From Leptogorgia sarmentosa (taxonomy: Eukaryota), in the NCBI GenBank assembly GCA_964658305.1, contig OZ210885.1, positions 10,602,001-10,666,000 on the forward strand: a stretch of 64,000 nt of DNA, read 5' to 3'. The translations under genes were made by a program, and so were the position numbers. Below, one piece after another: positions 43,601-52,600 of this stretch (positions are counted from its first letter, which is position 1; each line of letters opens with the position of its first letter). The notes beneath the pieces are model-generated. The model made no database searches, was not told the DNA's origin, and was given only the letters and a program-made list of their open reading frames with translations.

Positions 43601-46600
43601 GTGACCTCTAAGATTACAGCGCGGCAGACTTAGAGGCCTACATGTGACGTACAGCACGCAAAGTCAAGCTTGCACTTTAAGGGCCTGTTTATATGATCCC
43701 TCTTAACCGGGATTCAATGAAGCGTCAGATGATCTTGAGGTATTGAAATGAGATACGTTTATGAAACAAAACACCCAAAGTTTGGACACTTTTAGTAAAA
43801 ATCAACAAAAAAGATATATTTTACAAAAATTGATGCCCAACAACATCTTGCGTGTTTGATATTTCAGCAGAACAAAATCTTGAGCAATCAGCAGTTTAGC
43901 ATTTCTTCAAATCATAAATGATGACTCATTTGAATACCTTAAAATCATTTTGCGCTTCATTGAATCCCGGGTGAGTGGGATCATATAAACATGCCCTAAG
44001 AAAGCCTTTTTAACCTCCCTGCGTAGGCGTAGCCGTGCAGCGGAGTCTTAAAATGTGCGTGTCTTTTGTCGTCGACGATGTTACAAACTTGCTTCTTGAT
44101 TAATAGGTACATCGGTGTAGGTTTATGGATAATTTGACGTCGGAGCCTTTGTTGTTTTAGGCAAGCACATTTTACTTCCTGCGTTTTGGCCGCAGTTATT
44201 GCGATTTGTAAACTATAAATATAACGAACGTGTAGCTAACAATTTAATTGAGTATATTGTCCTTATTTTATGCTTGATTTCAGCGAAATCTTAATTAAGT
44301 TCCAAAGGAAGGTATATTGTGCATTTATTTTAATAAGATTCTGAAATGAATCTGAAATTGCCGAAATAGCATATACGACTCGAGTTCGCAGAATAACTGT
44401 TAAATATTCGCGGGCCAATCAGGTTTGAATTTAGTGAGTATAGCTCAACGACGTCCGGTTTATCGCACAGCAAAGCGGGTACGCGGATATACAGGGTGTA
44501 TAAAAAAAACGCAATCCATGTTTAAGGCTTTATAACCAAAATAATATAGATTTCCATGTCTTAACTTTTAGTTCATGTTTTAGCCCTATCTTTTTTCTAC
44601 TCAATAAGTGGTCGATTGTGACTTTTTAGGCCATTTAGGACTTCAAAATAAGTGATTTACTGCAAGCAGTCATTTTTAGATGCTTCGAATTCGACGTTCT
44701 TAATTCCGAAGGGGACGTTATCGTTGCATGCGAATATCTTGTTTGAAATATTTTCGCGAAATAATTTTAAAGTCTTAGGCATCATGCCACAGCTCACTAC
44801 AGCAGAAATAATTTTTATTGTTGAAGGTTACTTTGTAACAAAAAGTATTCAGGAAGTTTTAAGATTGTTTCGAATAGCTTTCCCGGATCGACAAGTCCCA
44901 AATTCGACGACCGTTTGGCGTAACGTACTTAAATACCGGGAGATACAGGGGCGGATCCAGACCGATGCAACCGATGCGAATGCATCGGTCAAAATTTCCA
45001 AAAAATGAAACTTTAGCTAAGAATGAAGTGTACTTAGTGTTATTAAGTAATTGCTGAGTACTCAAGTCATTTAAACTTTAACTTTTGGCGAAAATTCAAC
45101 CCAATAATAAACGTTATAAACCCACAGAAAACTAATTCGCATGACAAATAGTACGATCTTCATGTTTATATTACCTTCCTAGTTGCCGCCGTAATTTGCG
45201 CGTCAAATCATCGTCTTTTCCGTTTCTAAACGCCCAGCGCTAATAATATGAATAAACCAATTTGTATCCGTCCGGCTCAGGCAAGCATACCATACGTCAC
45301 GTTACCGGACCATAATTTCCTGTGCATCGGTTGTGCATCGGTCCCTAGTCTTTTCCGCGCAGAGATGTACTGAAACGTCACCAAAACCATTGTTTTAGAG
45401 CTACGTCACGTTACATTTTGCACGCAGACCGATGCACTCTCACATAACGACGGCTCAAAACCACTGTTTTAGGGCCTACGTCACGTTACATTTTGCACGC
45501 AGACCGATGCACTCTTACAGAACGGCGGCTCAATGCATCGCCCCACCGATGCAGAAGGTATTCAGTCACATTCGTCATTAATTTGCATTTTCGAAGAAAA
45601 ATGGCGGCAAGTTGTATTAATATGCAAATGAGCTATGGCCTTTGCTCTTTACTTCGAGAGGATAATTCATCCGCGATCGATGTCTTACGACGGGAATTTG
45701 AGATGAAAGCTGTAGCTATCATTTCCAAGGCGAAGGCTTGGAAAAGGAATTTGTGTGCCAGAAAGCATTCAAGAGACCTGTGTGCTGAAATGCTGATCCC
45801 GAAGCACATAACCCAGAAGTGGCAGCGTGGCGAGTTACGAGCTGCGAAGTAAGGAAGCTAAACTCATTATCATATATTCATAATTCATAATGTGTTTAAT
45901 GTTTACCACGTAAAAAGTAATAGCCATATGATATAATATTACAGTATCTATGGATTATGTATATAATATATAATATTATTTATGTCAACATTCAACGTCA
46001 AACATGGGACACAGACTCACAGTGATACAGTCACACTTGATTTGTGAATGTGATCTCTGTTTTCATAGGAAATTTACAATTCGACATCGTCAAATTTAAT
46101 GTGTACATATAACATATTCCATCAATACATATAATTCAATGAGTAACCAGGATACCAGCTGTTTGTGTCTGTCTCTCTGTGAACCAAACAGATTGGTATT
46201 ATAGCAAATGAATATGGCATGTATTGGTATTTGGTACTGGGTACTGACTACTGAGACTGTAACTAATATTGCTATGGATTTATTACAATATTACAATATT
46301 ATCATGGTATTACAGGATTAGACTATTAGTGTCATAATTCATGTTATTTAACAATTAACCATGATATTGATTATAATATCACTTTACCCACTTTCAGAAC
46401 TCGTGGTGATGGAAATTGCCTATATAGAGCTTGCTCTAAGTTGCTGTGTGGCAATGAAGATCTCTGTCATCTATTGCGAGATCTTACAAGCATTGAGCTC
46501 TACCTACACCAGCAGTTTTATGCGTCCCATCCTTATGTGAAAGACATGAGCCAGCACTTCAATTCTGAAAACACAGCCTTTTCTGCAACAGCTTCAGACT

Positions 46601-49600
46601 CAGCACTGGCTGATGGCTATGATCGTCACAATCCAAGCAGCAGAGTGGCCGTTGTAAAACGAGAGGCAATTAGAAATGCTACCAGCGGTGCATTTTCTCC
46701 CTTAATGTGTCTGTTTGCATTGTCTTCAGTTACTGGAATGCCAATCAGGTCAGTGTATCCAGAAAAATTAGGCACAGTCACAAAGTACTCTCAATACCAA
46801 AATGGAGTTATTCACCCAAGAGCAGAGCACAAACGTTTTTCTGGGAAAGTAGTTCAAGAGATGGACCTCATTCTTCTTTGGTCTGTGGATAGTATGTCCA
46901 GTCTTCCATGTGGAAATGAGATCTTTCAGCCCAACCATTTTGTCCCTTTGGTGGAAGTTAAAGAAAAGGCCAGGGTACCACTAGCAGCACTACCGCCTCC
47001 ACCATTACCTCCACCACCACCAAGCATACCAGGAAAAGCAGCAGTCCCAACACCACCTCCACCACCACCCTTACCAAAAGCAGTAGTACCACCAGCAGCA
47101 GCACCAACCTTACCAGAAGCAGTAGCACTGCCAGTAGCAGCACCTCCACCAATACAAGTAGCAGTATCATCATCACCATCACAGGAACCACCAGCACCAC
47201 CTCAATCGGCACCGACATCATCATCATCAATGAAGGGCAGTCAGCAGCAAAAAATAACTGACTTGTTTAAGGCAACAAACAAGAAAGAAAATGGAAGTGA
47301 AGGTGTGTACTGTACTAGCTTCTTGGTCTTTTTACAGCATAAATGTGTTTACATACTGTATATATTATATACTATTGATATTTTCACATCAATTGCATAC
47401 AGCCTAGATTGCTGGTTTATTAATATAAAAATATTTCTTGTATGCTATCCATATTCTTGTGGCTTACAGTTACCACTTACCATGTTCCGCTATAAATGTG
47501 TAATATTTCTTCTTTTTATATACTGTATATGTATATGTATACTTAAATTCTATAATTTAATGATACATGTACATATGCATTCCGCACTAAAGGATATATA
47601 AGAGAGAGAGAAGAAAATATTATTAATTTGTCTAAAGTAATTCTAATCCATGTTGTGACTGTCCTTTGGTGTTCGACTTTGACCTAGTACATACTGTAGA
47701 GTCTAAACTCTACACCTGTTCTTCTTATTTCAGAATTATCTGCTCGAGATGGTGGTTCAAGTGACCTTGTGCCAGAAAAGGAGGCAAACCAATTGACTGA
47801 GAATGTCTCAGGGAATCTTCCAACAGCAGCAGGAGGACAACGAAAAAGTAAGTACTAGGAATTTTACTAGGTATTTTAGGAACATATTCTTCTTGTAAAG
47901 ATTCAACAACAAATATGCTAATAATGTCAATGGGTGTTAATTAGTCACTTCCTATGTAATTATAGGAAAACTTGTTTTGCAACCTGAACCACTAACACCA
48001 AAGCAATCGAAAACTGATGTTCCTGCTGTTAATCCGTTGGACATTGGGAACTTCATTTCCCCCCATACACATAAAGATAATGATGTCAAACTCAATCTTA
48101 TTGACAACCACTGGCGTCCCTCATCCTCATTTAACTTCCCTTATCGACAATTTGGCTCCAAACAGCAATCTCGTCGTAAGTTTTCTCATCTATGGTGTAA
48201 TCGCTGGTCTTGGCTTTGCTATTCGAAGCTTTATGATGGTGCCTTCTGCCTTGCATGTGTTTTGTTTGGTCACCAGACCGGGCGTAATGGTGATAAATTA
48301 ACAAAGCTTTTTAAAGAGCCATTGACAAATTGGCAAAGTGCTTCAACAAGGCTGGAGGAGCATGAGAAAAAATCCTTGGTCCACCAAGATTCAATGATGA
48401 AGCTTACCCAGTTCAGAAGTATCATGTTGGGGGAGAAGAAAGGCATTGATGAGCAAGCTGACAAGTTAAGGAGCGAGCGCATACAGTATAACAGGGGAAT
48501 AATGCAGTCCATAGTGGAGGCTGTTATTTTTTCTGGCAGGCGGAATTATGCTTTGAGAGGCCACCGTGATGACTCGCAGTATTACACTTCATCCAACCCT
48601 GGTAATTTCCAAGCCCTGCTCCAATTTCGAATTTCTGGAGGAGACACGAAGCTGGAAGAGCATTTTGCAAAATGCAAGAAGAATGCTACTTACCGTTCCA
48701 AGACCATTCAAAATCGCCTAATTGAGATTTGTGGGAAGCAGATTCAAGCAAAAATCATCGCTGAAATCACCACCAGTAATTGCCCAGTTTACTCTGTTCT
48801 AGCAGATGAGGCAACAGATTGTGGCAACAAGGAACAGATGCCAATCACTATACGCTTTGTGGACTCAAAGAATGAGATTCAAGAAAGGTTTATAAAGTTT
48901 GTCAACTGTGATGAGGGTTTGACCGGTGAAGCATTGGCCAAAAATATAGAGGACACGTTGAAGGAAGTTGGTCTGCCACTTGCCAATTGTCGGGGGCAAG
49001 GCTACGATGGAGCCAGCGCCATGTCCAGCATGAGGAAAGGAGTTTCCGGGCGCATTTTGGCGAATAATCCTAAAGCCATTTATGTTCATTGTACCAGCCA
49101 CCGTTTAAATCTTGCAGTTGCCAAGGCCTGTAACATCCCAGCTGTGAGCCACATGCTATCACAAGCGAAGAAACTGGTAAGTTTTTTTTCATCCGTTCCG
49201 CGCGGGCAATTATTATCGAAGAAAATGGAAGAGTTTGGTTTGAAACGTAGAAAGCTTCCAGCTCCGTCCACGACACGTTGGGTTCAACGAATATCCTCCC
49301 TGGACGGCTTTTTAGAGGCTTTCGAGGCAGTTTTCCGAACCCTGGAGTATATGCAGCTTGGTGGTGTCAACAAAGAGTTTGAAAGGTCGAGTAGTGACGC
49401 CCGTGCCTTCCTTCGCATCCTGGAGTCATTTGAGTTTATTGTGGCGATGGTAATCACAACGAACATTCTGGATTACACCATGTCTTTGACTGTCCAACTG
49501 CAGCAGAGGCAAATCGACATTGCAGAGTCCCTCAAGCAAATTAATTTGTTAAAAGCACAGTTAAAGATCTTGCGCACTTCAGTCGACGAATACCATGACA

Positions 49601-52600
49601 AGTTCTACGATGAGGCAGTGGAATTAGCCAATGAAGTTGAAGTAGATGAAAAAACTCCACGTATTTGCAAGCACCAAACTACTCGGGAAAACTACACTGC
49701 AAGTACCCCAAGAGAGTATTACCGACTAAAACTTACCATCCCATTTCTAGATCACCTTATTGAAGAGATGGAGTCACGTTTTCCTTCTGAGATGTGTAAC
49801 CTATACAATGGTTTTTATGTTATTCCTGCTGTTTTTCTTCACTGTAAAGATCTCGACTGGAAAGTTGAATTTATGAAGTTTGTTGCTGCTTATGAGGATG
49901 ACCTACCAAGTCTCCGCAGAATTCATGCCGAGTTAGACATGTGGGAGACCGCCTGGAAGCAAGGTTTAGAAATCATTGAGTATTCTTCAATTGCTGACAC
50001 CTTACGACATTGTAACCGAGTGGCATTTCCAAATATCTTCACGGCTTTGAAGATCCTTGCCTGCATACCCGTTACCACATGTGAATGCGAGCGATCTGTT
50101 TCCGCTCTGCGACGAACAAAGACCTGGTTGAGGACTACGATGGTTAATGAACGGCTCAACGGACTGACCTTAATGCACATCCACGACGATATCAAGATCG
50201 ATGTCTCAGAAGTGATAAACACTTTTGCCAGACAATATCCAACCAGGATGCAATTTCTCGACATCCTTGATGATGACGAAGCTGCCAAAAAACCATAAAA
50301 TTTACCTTTAGTCTCCTACTGCTGAAAATTATGGACATGACCCTCGTGCTGGTGTTGGAAGATAACTGGAACATTTTACTACATTCTCGTCTCAAGTCTC
50401 CTTTCTTGCTGCTGGTGTTGGACGAAAACTAGAACATTTTACTACATTCTCGTCTCAAGTCTCCTTTCTTGCTGCTGGTGTTGGACGAAAACTAGAACAT
50501 TTTACTACATTCTCGTCTCAAGTCTCCTTTCCTGCTGCTGGTGTTGGACGAAAACTAGAACTATTACTACTTATGGCACAGTGGCACTCCCGCACATTGT
50601 TGCTGGACCATCATATTAAACAAGGGAAGGGAGGCGCTTGATAATTTTTTTCTCTTCTTTGGCAGTGAAAAATATTATTGAGCGTTTGTTTTTCCAATTG
50701 TACTGTCATGTTCTTCCTGAGTTGGTGTCACACCAACCTTACTGCCTGGAAGGAAAATGCATTGTGGAAAAGGTAAAGTTGCTAGACGTCTCGTCACGGT
50801 GCTCAACGGTGTTATTTGCAATGTGCGCCTTGTTCTGCTGCCGCGGTAAATACGCGATTATACGCTACTGACGTCATAATATGACGTCATGTGACGTGTG
50901 TTGTGATGTCATAGATGACGTCATGGCTATATGACGTCAAAGTGCATCGGTCAAAAAATATTGTGGATCCGCCCCTGGGGAGATACAGTTTGAAGCAGAT
51001 GCTTTACATGGAAATCATGAACTAATAAGAAGAGTTGCACGGGAAATGCAACGTCGAAGTGATTTGTGTGTGGTGAGAAAGCCAGGCCACGTTGAATGAT
51101 TGTAACCAACTAAAGTTAAATTTTTAATAAATTCAAGCTATCTCAAATTTTAAATTGTCCAATCACACTTACTAAAAATATCATTACTCGCTCATTTCCA
51201 ACTCAAATTTAACAAACAAGCAGTCGTAAGAAAGCGGGAATGATAGAGCTTTCTAACGGTGGTAAATATAGCCTATTTTCTAATACTTTTCGTTATGAAA
51301 ATTGCATTTGAACGTAGGATTGCGTTTTTTTTTACACCCTGTATATTGGCCGAATTTTGTCATTCCTTCGAGAATTTTGGAGCGAATTTACGCTATTTGA
51401 TAAAACATCATTATTTTGATAGTTACACGGGATCCTTCTTGCTGGGAACATCGATTAATTTGGAAAGCGATATATTTAAATGCAAAAAATCGAGGATAGT
51501 TTGTGTGACATATCCCTCCTCTGGTCGCAATGTCTCCATCCTATTATTTTTAGTAATTCTCAGGCGGGCGCGAACAACCTGGGCCAGCTGTGGTTATTTG
51601 AGAGGTGACGATACCCCGGTTCCGGTTTACGGGTACTGGAACGGGAAATGCAGCCGTGCCAGTAACCGTAACCGGGGTATCTTAGCCTCTCTATTAGCTT
51701 CATAGGCCTGTTGGAAATTCTACTCAAATTCATCAAGAGTTGTAAAACAAAAACGGTGCAGCATGTTACAGTGGTAGAAACTGCCTGAACATACAATACA
51801 GAACGAAGGTCCAAAATTTTACTCGCGGTATGACAATGATTTTTCTAGCTCACCTATTCCTTCGCTTAATTCCTTCGGTCGTTATCAAAGAAACATATTA
51901 ACTAGGAACAAAATTTGCTCTGTCTCTAGCGCTGCCAGCAAAATTCCCGTCTAAGATTCATGCAACCAAGCACGCAACGTCAAGCTACTGTACGCAAGAT
52001 TATTGCAATTAAAAGCCTTTCAAAGCATAAAATATGTGAATATAATCTCAGCCATCGGCGCGTTCTGTGACGAAATTATCAAAAGTTACAAAAAAAAATT
52101 AAAACAGTTGATCAGACTTTTTATGTTACATCCATAAACCTGTCCTAACAAGAAGCACAGTAGATGACACCCCGCTTTCAACTGCGAAGGCGTAATCACA
52201 CTGTAACCCCTCACCTCCCGTTAGACGTGAAACTATGTTATCTACCAATTATTCGCGGGAAAAGTTTGAGCATTACTCAGTTTAGTCTGCATAGGTTTTT
52301 AATTTTGTGTCGGCTGTATCGGTCACCTTTATTACCAGGGACGGATTTTCATGTTTTTCACTGAGAGATGCAAAAAATTGTGGAGTGAGGGTGTCGATCG
52401 AACATCAATAAAATATTCTTGCGTGTTTGATTTTCTAAGTTAATTTGCCGCAAAAAAGCGTAGAAACATGTTAATTTTATAGCTACTTTATTGTTAGTAC
52501 ATTGACATTGTGGAGATAGATTTTGAAGGAGTGAACAATTTCTTCGTCCCTCACGAACTCTGCCCCTGGATAGTACGACAGACAGTTTATACCGCCCCTT

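Larger units (their letters stand above)
44946..50977 (+). mobile_element. Autonomous hAT DNA transposon 2 (6,032 bp) carrying an OTU-like protease domain
   Basis: Perfect 14-bp TIR CAGGGGCGGATCCA; 8-bp TSD GGGAGATA (44938-44945, 50978-50985); subterminal ACCGATGCA/TGCATCGGT motifs. Confidence 0.95.
44492..51341 (+). mobile_element. Internally deleted Tc1/mariner-superfamily element (~810 bp) split by hAT transposon 2
   Basis: TA-flanked TIRs CAGGGTGTA..AAAAAACGCAATCC. N-terminal HTH-like remnant from 44784 (MPQLTTAEIIFIVEGYF...) and C-terminal remnant MQRRSDLCVVRKPGHVE* ending 51099. Confidence 0.85.

Noticed and set aside
46441..47601. 386-aa ORF as a stand-alone membrane protein
   Set aside because: The hydrophobic tail after 47302 is AT-rich intron read-through, and the catalytic motif lies upstream of the listed start.
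50347..50560. CRISPR-like repeats next to a transposase
   Set aside because: A pure 62-bp tandem duplication with no unique spacers.
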